A model generated the notes under the pieces. The model was not told the origin of the DNA and did not search any database. It worked only from the letters and a program-made list of their open reading frames with translations. Shown here one piece after another: positions 9,821-19,966 of a stretch of DNA of 21,603 bases. The position numbers and the translations under genes were made by a program. The DNA is from Toensbergia leucococca. Its lineage: Eukaryota. Position 1 is the stretch's first letter, and each line of letters starts with the position of its first letter. Location: the NCBI GenBank assembly GCA_022813965.1, contig JALDZS010000044.1, forward strand, positions 124,001 to 145,603. The letters are read 5' to 3'.

Positions 9821-11228
9821 TTATAGCTCATCCCTCGGCCGTGTTTCCTGCTCCTGTGGGGTCGACTTCTCCTCCCACATCCTCTTTTTGGGATTCGGTC
9901 GCTCGTCATCATTCCGCTCCCTCAGGACCGTGCCCTGCTCAGCATTCTTCGAATCTTTCCCTGTGCCCTGTTGACCCTCTCGGCTTTCCTCCACCATTTT
10001 ACCTACCTTTTCTGACAAGCTTCCAGTCTCACTGTTTGAGGACTGTGCCGATGGCTGAGCTTTGGCTCCATGTCCTCCGGCGCCAACAGCAATAGATGGT
10101 GCCGACATACCTGCAGGAAAGCGGGGTATACCTCCAGTTGCACTAGGCTGTACTATCAGACTTGTGGAGAGGCGCTCGGAGGCCTGCGAAAGCGCACTAC
10201 TCTGGCTTGCTCCTCCGATAGCACCCACAAATGTAGAGAATCCTCCAATGAAGAGTTGACCAATCAACAACATCAATTGAAGCAATGTTCTGGTGGGTAA
10301 GTAGACTAGCCACCAGGCCGGCCCGTAGATTAGACGCCGAAAGATGAGCCAAGCGATGGTACTAGCAAGGACATAAAAAGTGGTTTCGAGATACCACGTG
10401 TCAGATTTCTGGGAACTTATGAGTGTCGATACGACAGAGCGTGTGGAGGATAAGAGAGTGTCGAGATTGCTGTACGAGTCCGAAAGACGAGAGAGTGCCG
10501 CTGAAGATTCCTCTGAGAGTAAAGATGATACATCAGTCGGACTGCCCCCTATGTGGGTCTTCAAAACCTACCTAATGTGTCCACGGCGAATTGACTTTTG
10601 GCTACCTCCGACTCTCCTAATTGGAGTAATCTCTTCAAGCCACTAGTCAGATCATTCGAAGCGTTCAATTCCAACTGATCTGGAGTGAGCTTTTCCTGCC
10701 CTTTACGTCGGCCTAGACTCGAGGGAGCGCTACCTTCCTGCACACTGGCGAAGAGAAGTTCTCGTTCTTTACGCTTGGCGGCCTCGGCGTTGTGCTTGGC
10801 TTGCAGTTGTGCTCTCCTGAATTGAGTATGAGCTCTGAACTCGCACCCATTAGCCAGACTCTCGTAGAAGGATGAAGTGAGTGGTGCAGTATTCCTCACA
10901 GCTTCAGATCCTCGGCCAAGCGTGCAACCTGTGCTGCTAATGCTGTTCGCTCCCTATCCTTCTCGCTGTCTCTTCTCCGAGAAGCAGATGCCCCAGTTCT
11001 TGTCAGGTCGTCAGCTTCTTGGCGTAGAAGTTCAAAGTCTTCTTCCTGATCTTTCAAGGTCTGATGAATCTCTTGGCCTAGCTCTAAGCGGGTATCGGGT
11101 TTGTCGTGATTTTGAGAAGTCTCGGCTGGTTGAGCTGGTAGCTTGGAAAGACGGGTGATGAGGTGCAGGGTCCACTTATGAGCATCAGAGAGGGAATTGA
11201 GACGAGATGTGAGGTCTTGCGTAGTCAT
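9821..11228 (-). CDS. SEC20: ER SNARE Sec20 (retrograde Golgi-to-ER transport), 3 exons
   Basis: Coiled-coil N-terminus, AHTQFRRAQLQAK, Sec20 domain EESSAALSRLSDSYSNLDTLLSSTRSVVSTLISSQKSDTWYLE, TM segment ending WLIFRRL, C-terminal RDEL. Exons 11228-10900, 10834-10572, 10512-9821; donors GTGAGG and GTAGGT; branch points GCTAAT and ACTGAT. Confidence 0.93.
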
Positions 11229-12589
11229 GTCAATGCCTGAAATGCTGGAGGGTAAGTGGGCAGTCAGGCCAGGAATGCTGATGTTCAATAAACGCCTGAA
11301 AGGTGGTCATGCATCGGTAGCGGAAGATCGACCGCTAGCTGCATCACTAGTGTCACCACCGACGCCAAAATAGAAAATAGGTCCTTCCTAGCGGTGAAGA
11401 TGAACTACCTGTACTTCCTCTGACTTCAAGCTCCATAACTTAATGTTCTGTTGAAGAATCATTAGTCTGATCCACCCTTTATTTTTGCATGCTCGTCTTC
11501 CTGGTCCGAGCTGGGGACTAAGAAAAGCTACCTTCAGCAATCTCTTATTAACAATCTCTTTCTTGTGTTCTTCTATCTCTAGGAGATCCCTTGTCACCGC
11601 AATTATTAGGACGATGAAGAAAATTCTCATCAGATGAGTCGCTAATACTTGCTGCTCAGATGACCGCTTCGCAGATTCTCCAACCCCGGAGTATTGAGAC
11701 AGAGGAGAGGCCACTTGTGAGAACCCCCTTGCCTTTGGCGAAGGCCATAACGGGATCTAATTTTATGCCTCGACCACTGGCTCCAATTTTTTACGACATC
11801 AGGGTGAATTTAGAAGATCTGTAGGTTAGGATATCCTCGAGTCATATCAAATTAGTACCACTCCCGTTACCTCACATTCAAGTGCCCTTGTAATTATCTG
11901 CATTGAATATTTACATAGCAAGCTTGCCATGGTCATATGAACATTTCCCATGAACAGTCCCCAAGAGTGACAGCATTGACAATCGTACCCTCAGCCCCAG
12001 CTCTTGTGTCTTTTTCCAAGTATCATTCACCATTATTCCTTGCGTGTTTTTCTCGAATGAATAGCATTGCGGCGCCGAGTTGACTTGGTATCAATTAAAG
12101 TGCCACTAGTCATCCCTCCTATGTTTGAACTTCCGAAAGCTGGTTGTTATCGCACTGTCTAGTGTACATATACTAGAAATGGATTAAGAAAGACACGAAA
12201 ATGCTGGCCCTGATGAAGAATATTTAGATTTTGTTGATAGATAAATCAACCCTAAACAGCGGGATGAAACAAACGTGGTCAAGCAACTTTGGAACGAGGG
12301 CTAATTCATCATACCCCCCCCCCCATTCTCGCCGACCCTCTCTCTCTCGTCGTGTGCATAGACGGCATCTAAATCAGATTAGGTTCAATCTCTAATGGCG
12401 CTGATATAACGAGGAAGTGGTCTTCGTTCTTTACCACTTCAGCTGAGAGCTCCCGCCCTCAAAAACAATCGGAAACTTCCGAAATTTCTCCCCTGCCCAA
12501 AAACCACTCGAATAGAACCCATTAAATCGTCTTACCACCACACCAATTGATTATATACATACGTCTACCACCCTATCTTAGCCTCCGTA

Positions 12590-13130
12590 TTTTTGCATAG
12601 CGATCTAGCATTGTGGTAGACAGTGGTCTAGTCCACACGACATCCCTCCGTTTTATCATCCCGAAGCTCCTTATTAGCCACACATTCGTTGGAATTGAAT
12701 GCATTGTGCACTGCTCTGAGCGTGGCAAGGGTACCGACATTCGCCTCAACGGCTGTGGCCACCTGATCCCCTGTGCATCATTTTCTCTCAGATCCCTGAT
12801 CAGAAGGAAATAAAATCCGATCAACATTCCGTGTCTACATGTCCTATGAGTTTCACCTCTCAAACTTCAATGACTCCTCACCTGGTCAGGTATGACCTTC
12901 TTATGTCTCCCTCTCGTCTCAAGACCCTGCTCGTGGCGTGTACGGGGGGAAGATTTCAGAATCACATAGCCCTGTGTAGACTTGACGCCGAAAAACCGAA
13001 AAACCTCTCGTTTGCTGTGCTTGATTCCCTTGGCTTCCAAATATTCTATGGTTCCTTGGACTTTGGCCCTCGTGGGAGTGTCATAGTGAGGCTTTCTGAC
13101 TTTCTTATCGCGTGGCATGTTGATTGGCAT
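12590..13130 (-). mobile_element. Degenerate Tc1/mariner-like transposase remnant (N-terminal DNA-binding region open, remainder frameshifted, no DDE domain seen)
   Basis: HYDTPTRAKVQGTIEYLEAKGIKHSKREVFRFFGV...ETRGRHKKVIPDQVR resembles N-termini of fungal Tc1-like transposases. Broken continuations AQGIRWPQ, ECVANK and TTMLDRY lie in shifting frames. No TIRs found. Confidence 0.7.
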
Positions 13131-13230
13131 GCGTGGCTAAATAAGGGAATGTACTTGAAGTTTGCGATCGGGGGATTGTTTTGGTGACGCGCGAAAGAGC
13201 CTCAAACTAGGTACCTCGGTAGCTCAAGCA

Positions 13231-13270
13231 CCTACCCTAAACCCTACTAGCGCCGAAAACCCTAAACCCC
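13231..13270. promoter_or_regulatory. Clustered telomere-like (A)ACCCTA(A) motifs upstream of MRPL44
   Basis: cctaccctaaaccctac and aaaaccctaaacccc lie 70-110 bp before the ATG; they resemble Tbf1-type (telobox) sites. Confidence 0.4.
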
Positions 13271-13338
13271 AACTCTAAATTCCCCAAAACCAAATCCGCC
13301 GGCAGAGCACACTTCCCTTCACACCAAGCAAAAAAACC

Positions 13339-13805
13339 ATGATCACCAAACACCTGACAACCCTAACAACGCGCTTCGACCCCTTCCTCCCCTCAGGAAA
13401 AACATGCCGCCTCTTCCTCGCCCTCCTCCCGCCCGACGCGCGCAGGACGATGCGCATAAACGCCAAGGTGCTACCGAGAGGGCACACTGCTCCTCCGGGA
13501 GGGGGTAAGGAAAAGGAGGGAGATGGGGTGCTTGTTTTGGGGTTCAGTGAGTCCTCTCTTCTATTTCGTTCTTTTTTTTTCCTTAGAGGGGGGTGAGGGG
13601 TGAGGGGGCTGCCTGAAGTTTTGGCAGGGGGGTTCTCTTGAACGATTTGGATTAACAGAGGGGGTTTCGGGCTGACTTGTTCGGTGTTGTAGAGGATGGG
13701 AAGGAGATGAGGTTAGATGCGGGGAAGATGGGGATTCGGGATGTGACGGAGGAGGTGGATCGGTATTCTAGGAGATTGGGGAGGGAGGCGGATTTGTTGG
13801 GTTAG
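13339..13805 (+). CDS. MRPL44: Mitochondrial large-subunit ribosomal protein mL53 (MrpL44), 2 exons
   Basis: MITKHLTTLTTRFDPFLPSGKTCRLFLALLPPDARRTMRINAKVLPR...VLVLGFK|DGKEMRLDAGKMGIRDVTEEVDRYSRRLGREADLLG*. Exons 13339-13546 and 13693-13805; intron GTGAGT...GCTGAC...TAG. Confidence 0.92.
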
Positions 13806-14155
13806 GGATTTTTCCCGGGGGATGGAGAGGCGATTGATGAGGGAGGGCTTTGGACAGGGCACGGGGAGAGCGTGATATGGGGTGGCACAGGAGACGGCAA
13901 AGCGTTGTGAGTGAGGGCGAAGGGCGAGGGAGCATCAGGGAGAGAGATCTAGGGGCTTTCTGATTCAAGAGGCAGGGATAGTGCATCAGCGGTGGAGTTT
14001 GGGTGGTTATCATTTACTTGCATTCTACTATTTCGATTTTCTACGAATCGTCAGATCTATATGTTTTTTTTGCAGCTATGTCGAGGCTCATGTAGGATCG
14101 TCTATGCTACGAATGATTGGCTTGGTGTCCGAAGTTCTACAGATAAAAACCAAAC

Positions 14156-15290
14156 TCATACGGCGGCACCAGAGATGAAGAACCATTTGTCGTAGATGCC
14201 GTCAATTAGCGCTGGGGCGAGATTCTCATTCTTCTTGATGTTGAACAAGCTGGGATCGGCGCGGTCTGCAGAGTGCTGGACCGAGACGTTGGCGCTAGGT
14301 TTGAATATTAGTTTTGCTTGTTTCTTGCAGAATCAGGTTGTTTTGGGAATACTAACAGAGTGACGCCATTGGGTTGTGTCTTGCCTGTTATCAGCTTCTC
14401 CCACGCTTCGGCGCACTCGCGGACGACGTCCGTGGCGTATCTACAGATCGAGAATTAGTAGTCTCGTATGATCTTGGGACAAACGGGGCTTACTTCTTGT
14501 TTTTGCATTCGCCAGAGAAAGCGAATTGATTCTCGGGCTTTCCGTCTGGGATCTTGTAAATACGGAACCACTCATTGGTCGCCCTCAACAGGCCCGGAAG
14601 ATGTCGCTCAACATCCTCAATATCATTGAGCCTAGGGGCCAATGGATCGTTGATATCAATGACAATGATCTTCCAATCCGTCTCTTCCTCGTCAAGCAAA
14701 GCCATGACGCCCAGGACTTTGACCTGCTTGATCTGGCCGGTCGTTGCGACAAGTTCGCCGATCTCGCACACGTCTAGAGGATCGTTGTCGCCCTTAGCTT
14801 TGGTTTCGGGGTGGACGACGTTGGGGTCTTCCCATGTCTATTTTGGATGTGAGAAGCCGTTGCGGATGGATAGGATGGACTCTTCACCTGTGGGAAAGCA
14901 CCATAGTTCCACAGGTACCCCTTGTGAGGGAAGCAATTGCGGACGAAGCGAAGCTTGCCTTTCTTGATGTCTTGCTTGATTGGGTTCAAGGGCTCGTCCT
15001 TTGAGATCTAGAGACCAGGCGATCAGTCGTAGCACGACAGCCGGATGCAATGGTTGCAAGAAACATGATTGGCAACACTGTTTGCAAATTCAGAGTATCT
15101 AGCTTACCTCTAACTTGGCATTAGTCCACCTCGGGATTTCCACAATCATATTCAGCACCGTCTGTTGCTCGTTGGCATACAATGGCACATCATGGAAGGC
15201 TGAGACAGGCACGCCATCTTTCTCAATATATACACGGTGCTCTAAGGTATAAGGAGCACCGATTTTCCTAGTTGTGTATGTTGGAGCCAT
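14156..15290 (-). CDS. IPP1: Inorganic pyrophosphatase (family I), 5 exons
   Basis: [71 protein letters not shown]-terminus [11 protein letters not shown]. Exons 15290-15108, 15007-14888, 14837-14494, 14440-14357, 14294-14156. An upstream in-frame ATG exists at 15521. Confidence 0.97.
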
Positions 15291-15627
15291 TTTGGTTCTT
15301 GAGGTCGAAGATATGTGCCGTGCTACCTGCTCAAGTCGGTGTGTCGTGGGGAGCGAATTCGGGAAATGGGATGAGGGGGAGGGTTTTGTGGGGCCTGCCA
15401 GCGTGTAAATGCTTGTGCTTACAATTGTGATTGTGCGATGTGCATGCAGCAGATGTGCGTGCTGATTCAAAAGGCACTTACACTGCAGGAGAGATGCCCA
15501 CCCTGACTTCGAATGCAACATAAGACGTAGCAATTGGCTCTGTTTCGTGAAGGGCAGGATAATCCGTCTACAACAGATTTATGCAAACATTTATGCATAA
15601 TCTTGCATTGATAAGACTTCACTATCG

Positions 15628-15634
15628 CACGTGA
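15628..15634. promoter_or_regulatory. E-box CACGTG(A) in the IPP1/DUS2 divergent promoter
   Basis: GCACGTGA lies in the short gap between divergent starts; CACGTG is the Pho4/NUC-1- and Cbf1-type bHLH site. Confidence 0.4.
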
Positions 15635-15706
15635 TGAATCGATTTATTTGACTACTCCAAACCCGATCCAGTCGACTATGATCCAGCGACATCTCTTGAG
15701 GATGAC

Positions 15707-16960
15707 ATGCTACGCCACCTCATCACAACAACCATGACTACTGCACCAAAACGAATTCCCATCCCCAAAAATGGCGTCGACTACCGTGGCAAAGTCGTCC
15801 TCGCCCCTATGGTCCGTTCGGGGGAATTGCCCTCACGTCTCCTCGCCCTCAAATACGGCGCAGATCTAGTCTGGGGCCCTGAAACCGTTGACAAATCCAT
15901 GATTGGCACGACCAAGCGTGTCAATCCTTTCACCTCTACAATCGACTTTACACGTCTACCCTCCAATGGCTCTAGAATCCCAACGCTGGAACAAAAGGAA
16001 AGCTTGATCTACCGCCTCCATCCCACACGCGAACATGGGCGTCTGATATTCCAAATTGGGACTTCTTCGCCTGTACTTGCCGTCGAGGCCGCGAAGCTGG
16101 TAGGCGCAGATGTAGCTGGGATAGACGTCAATGCTGGGTGTCCGAAGCCTTTCTCTACGTCCGGCGGCATGGGGGCAGCGCTTTTGCGAACGCCTGATCT
16201 CTTGGCATCGATATTGACCGCTCTTGTGAAAGAGGTGGGTGAAGTGTATGAGATCGGAATCAGTGTAAAGATCCGTTTACTAGAGACCGCAGAAGAGACG
16301 GAGGCGTTAGTGAAGAGGTTGTGTAGGACGGGCATAACTGGACTGACGGTCCATTGCCGAATGACTGCAATGAGACCCCGAGAGCGAGCTATACGCGAGC
16401 AGCTGCGCATGATTGCGGAAATTTGCAGAGCAGAGGGTGTGGCGTGCCTGATGAATGGCGATGTCAGCAGTAGAGAAGAGGCTTTGAAATTGGTCGAGGA
16501 GTTTGGAGTCGATGGAGCAATGATTGCAACAGCCGCCGAGGCAAACCCAAGCTGCTTTAGGACGAAAGAGGAGGGTGGTCTCTTACCTTGGAGGGAGGTG
16601 GTAGAAGAATACATGCAAATCGCCCTAGAAGTGGATAACCGATGGGGCAATACGAAATTTCTGCTCAGCCAGCTGATGCCAGGGAAAGCAGAAGTTTATC
16701 GACAAGTTGCTAGTTCAAAAGGCTACATGCAAATATGCGAGATTTTAGAAATAGAAGGTCTGTACGATCAGGCACGAGATGTAGATGAGCGACTTCTCAT
16801 TGGTCAGGAACAACAGAAAGCTGTCAAGAAAGCGAAGACGAAGAACAAGAGTGCTCAGGCTGCAGGCGGGAAGATGGTCGGGATCAGGTCTTTTGATATT
16901 GATAGGAAAAGCCCTTTGGCGGAGCGAGGGGTAGGTGCTGGGCCAGCAGTGGCTGTGTGA
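15707..16960 (+). CDS. DUS2: tRNA-dihydrouridine synthase, Dus2/Smm1 type, intronless
   Basis: VVLAPMVRSGELPSRLLALKYGADLVWGPETVD, FQIGT, IDVNAGCPKPFSTSGGMGAALL (catalytic Cys present), SVKIRLL, TVHCR, NGDV, GAMIA. The start could be 15707 or 15734. Confidence 0.93.
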   Translation: MLRHLITTTMTTAPKRIPIPKNGVDYRGKVVLAPMVRSGELPSRLLALKYGADLVWGPETVDKSMIGTTKRVNPFTSTIDFTRLPSNGSRIPTLEQKESLIYRLHPTREHGRLIFQIGTSSPVLAVEAAKLVGADVAGIDVNAGCPKPFSTSGGMGAALLRTPDLLASILTALVKEVGEVYEIGISVKIRLLETAEETEALVKRLCRTGITGLTVHCRMTAMRPRERAIREQLRMIAEICRAEGVACLMNGDVSSREEALKLVEEFGVDGAMIATAAEANPSCFRTKEEGGLLPWREVVEEYMQIALEVDNRWGNTKFLLSQLMPGKAEVYRQVASSKGYMQICEILEIEGLYDQARDVDERLLIGQEQQKAVKKAKTKNKSAQAAGGKMVGIRSFDIDRKSPLAERGVGAGPAVAV

Positions 16961-17828
16961 GGCGGAATGAATCTCTCCGGTACGAATGACCCATTGTTCA
17001 ACAGCATGCTCAGAGCTCGAAAATTTGCCCCAAGATGCCGAGTCCATCAGAATGCAGTAAGATCTCTAACGTCTTAAAAGCTACTTAGTACTAACGTCCT
17101 AGGAGATGTTTATACATGTGTTCTACCAAAGCATTTATCGCAGGCATGAACTGCAGCTGTGTCCATATATTGATGACCATTGGCTGTCTTTGCATTGATT
17201 CAAGCCTGGCAAAGATCAGTACAGCTACGGTGCACCTGCTTGGAAATCAAATCGCTTCAGCTTAAGACTCTGTCATATTGGTATTCTTGGAGGCATGTCA
17301 GGAGCTTTGCACCAATGCTCGTAAAACAGTGTTGGTAGGCGAAGCTCTTAAGGCTAGAGATGTTGTAGTTTCGAAGACGAATCCGAAGATAGTGAGACTC
17401 AACTTGCCATAGATAGTTGTTAAGTCTGTAACACATTTCGTCTTAGTCAGATATGAAATACTGGCTTGCAAAACTGCGTGATCTGACTTTCTATACGATC
17501 CTCATGCCTTGATGGACTCTGAAGCTAGTCGCGTAATTTGGCATCTTACTGTTCTGCTACCACACCACTTCGACGCCTGTGATTTGTGCATTTTTCGGGA
17601 ATGGTAGTGCTGAGGTACGTAGCTAGATCCAACGCTTTCGAAATTACAAAATTCTAATGGAACCTGAGCGAGTACGTACGATCTAGTACTTGCTGACAAA
17701 CGGCATAAGCTGCCTTGGAGTTCGGGTACATTAGAAAGGTATTTGATAAGCCTTCATGCTGCCTTTCAACATAGATTCTTTCAGTCTTCGGAGGCAGGGT
17801 CTCAATACGATTGAATGGGTGGTTGTGA

Positions 17829-19214
17829 TCAGGGTTCAGCCAGAATGCTAGAAATTCGCAATGCCAGATCTAAGATTTCCAGATGCTCGTCAGCGCCATC
17901 CACAAGCCGTTTGTCAACCTCAGAAAAGACCATGACAATCTTGTTTTTCTGCTTGTCGGGTATGATGTCGTTATAAATCACTTCTTGGTAAAGCTGCAGC
18001 AATTGAGTCAGCCATCTCAATGATTGATACTGGATACGATCACGATCGTACCTGCGTTACGACCTGCGTAGCGCTCCAACCGTCTGCTACCATGTCGGTT
18101 ACTACCTTGGCTACAGCCTCGTATACTGCTCCCTTTGTTCTTGGCTGCATCGCTTGGATTAGACTGTTCACAACGCTGCTGGGAATCACGCCTGCGATCT
18201 CCTCTATAATCTTTATTGAGATCAGAGCATCATCTTTTCTATCCACATCCATTGGATCGTCATCGTCGCCCTCATCATCGTCCTCATATCGCCTCTTTAG
18301 GGGGTGCCCATTTGATTTTGATTGCGATGTCTTCACTGCACCTACCAGTCTTGCCGCACTCTGAAGGAAGGTAATGGCCTTTCTCAAGTCGCCCTCACTA
18401 CATCTGATCAAAGTATCCAACGCACCATCCTCCAGTTTTACGTCTTCATTCTCAGCAATCTCTTCCAGCCTCTTTTTTGCATTTCCCTGATCCAAGCTCT
18501 TAAATCGAAACTTACTACACCTACTAGCCAAGGGATCAATAATTCTCGTGACGTAATTGCAGATCAAACAGAACCTCGTAATTTTGCTGTACGTCTCCAT
18601 AGTCCTCCTCAAAGCACTCTGTGCATCTTGTGTCATGCTATCTGCTTCATCGAGGATAATGATCTTATATGGAGGACATGGGTATTTATCTTTGTAGTGT
18701 AGAGGTGGGTTCGAAAGCTGCATTCGAGCAAAGTTCTTGACCTTTTCACGCACAATGGAGATGCCACGCTCGTCAGAGGCGTTGAGTTCGAGGACACGGG
18801 TTTGAAACATTTCTGGGCCGTAGAGCTCTTTTGCTAAGGCAAGAATGGTGGATGTTTTACCAGTCCCTGGAGGGCCGTAAAAGAGCATGTGAGGTAGCTT
18901 TGAAAATGACCCATCAGCGCTGGTGCATATAGCCACACTATCCCAGGGCCACATACATTAGACGCTTGTAGCATTCGTTGCAGAACAGTGATAGTATGGT
19001 CTTGTGCGGCGACATCCTTCAAGCTTTTGGGTCGGCTAAGCAGAGGTTAGTATTTCCTTTTCGGGTCCCACTGCTGCAGACAATGAGTGTACTATTTTTC
19101 GACCCATGGCTGTAGCTTTGTGTTGTCCTGAAGAACCGGGGCTTTAGAGGAAGACGCGGTATTTGATGCGGCGGCAGCAGCAGCACGAGCTTTATTGTCG
19201 AAGAAATTTGCCAT
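17829..19214 (-). CDS. RFC2: Replication factor C small subunit Rfc2 (human RFC4 orthologue), 4 exons
   Basis: [65 protein letters not shown] motif, [12 protein letters not shown]. Exons 19214-19093, 19035-18957, 18897-18052, 17993-17829. Confidence 0.95.
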
Positions 19215-19340
19215 AGCTTACAAAATATATCCTAGTATCATGAAATTCGTGATGACAGTGAGAGATTGTGAAGGATCATGACAAGATAAGAGGTCAGGAT
19301 GTGTAGACAAGGAATTAGAGAGCTCTAGGGAACGTGGTGG

Positions 19341-19350
19341 TTTCGCGCGC
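19341..19350. promoter_or_regulatory. MCB/SCB-like CGCG element upstream of RFC2
   Basis: TTTCGCGCGC about 130 bp upstream of the RFC2 ATG; fits G1/S regulation of a replication gene. Confidence 0.4.
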
Positions 19351-19966
19351 CAGATGTTACGCTTACCGCTTTAGGCTTAGTGCCACTTCGAGATGAAGCC
19401 TCCTTTCGAGGCTTGGGGCGAGTTCTCAACATTCAAAATATAATTGGGGCCTTTCAAGATCAGACGTACAATGTCGAAGCCTTTCCACATGTGCCACTGT
19501 TTCTTTCTCCTTCCTCCTGTTTCTTCTATCATTTCCTCTCTTATGTTCCCAAAGACAGTACCACGTATTTCTCCGAGGGAAATGTTATAACGTATTACAA
19601 CCCATGGCTTGTTGAGGCTCATACATACATCCCTCTGGGTCAGGCCAAGTATACCTCACGAGTCCTTCGCTGAATTTTCAAAGCTTCGAACGTTGAACAA
19701 CGCTCCTGTGCTATCACAAGCTAATGTAGACTGCCGGTTCAGGGTTCGCTAGGAAGACGATGGTTTGACCTGTGTATCATGATTTGCCGCACAACTTACA
19801 TGTCGATGGATAAACCCCTTGTCTCACCGCGTCTTCTTACTTTGATCATCGCATCACTCTCCAGTTCCATCTTGAAAAAAAACGTCAAAGATCTATATCA
19901 TGCCATGGAGTCGCCCATCCGTCAATCCAACGTATGCGCTGCTCCTGTCCAGTTTCCTATTCATTT

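Noticed and set aside
9821..9835. RDEL ER-retrieval signal on a membrane SNARE
   Set aside because: A known feature of fungal Sec20 (HDEL in S. cerevisiae); not novel.
13505..13510. GTAAGG as an alternative donor in MRPL44 exon 1
   Set aside because: Using it would delete the conserved LxLxFK strand before DGKEM; the donor at 13547 fits the family.
16009..16650. 213-aa antisense ORF in DUS2, and similar antisense ORFs in the permease, MSH1, SEC20, IPP1 and RFC2
   Set aside because: Shadow frames of genuine coding sequence.
18230..18335. Basic/acidic insertion in Rfc2 ([19 protein letters not shown])
   Set aside because: A variable acidic loop at this position is, to my knowledge, usual in filamentous ascomycete Rfc2.
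19377..19673. Overlapping 81-aa and 97-aa ORFs upstream of RFC2
   Set aside because: The longer one has a non-ATG start; neither shows motifs or splice support.
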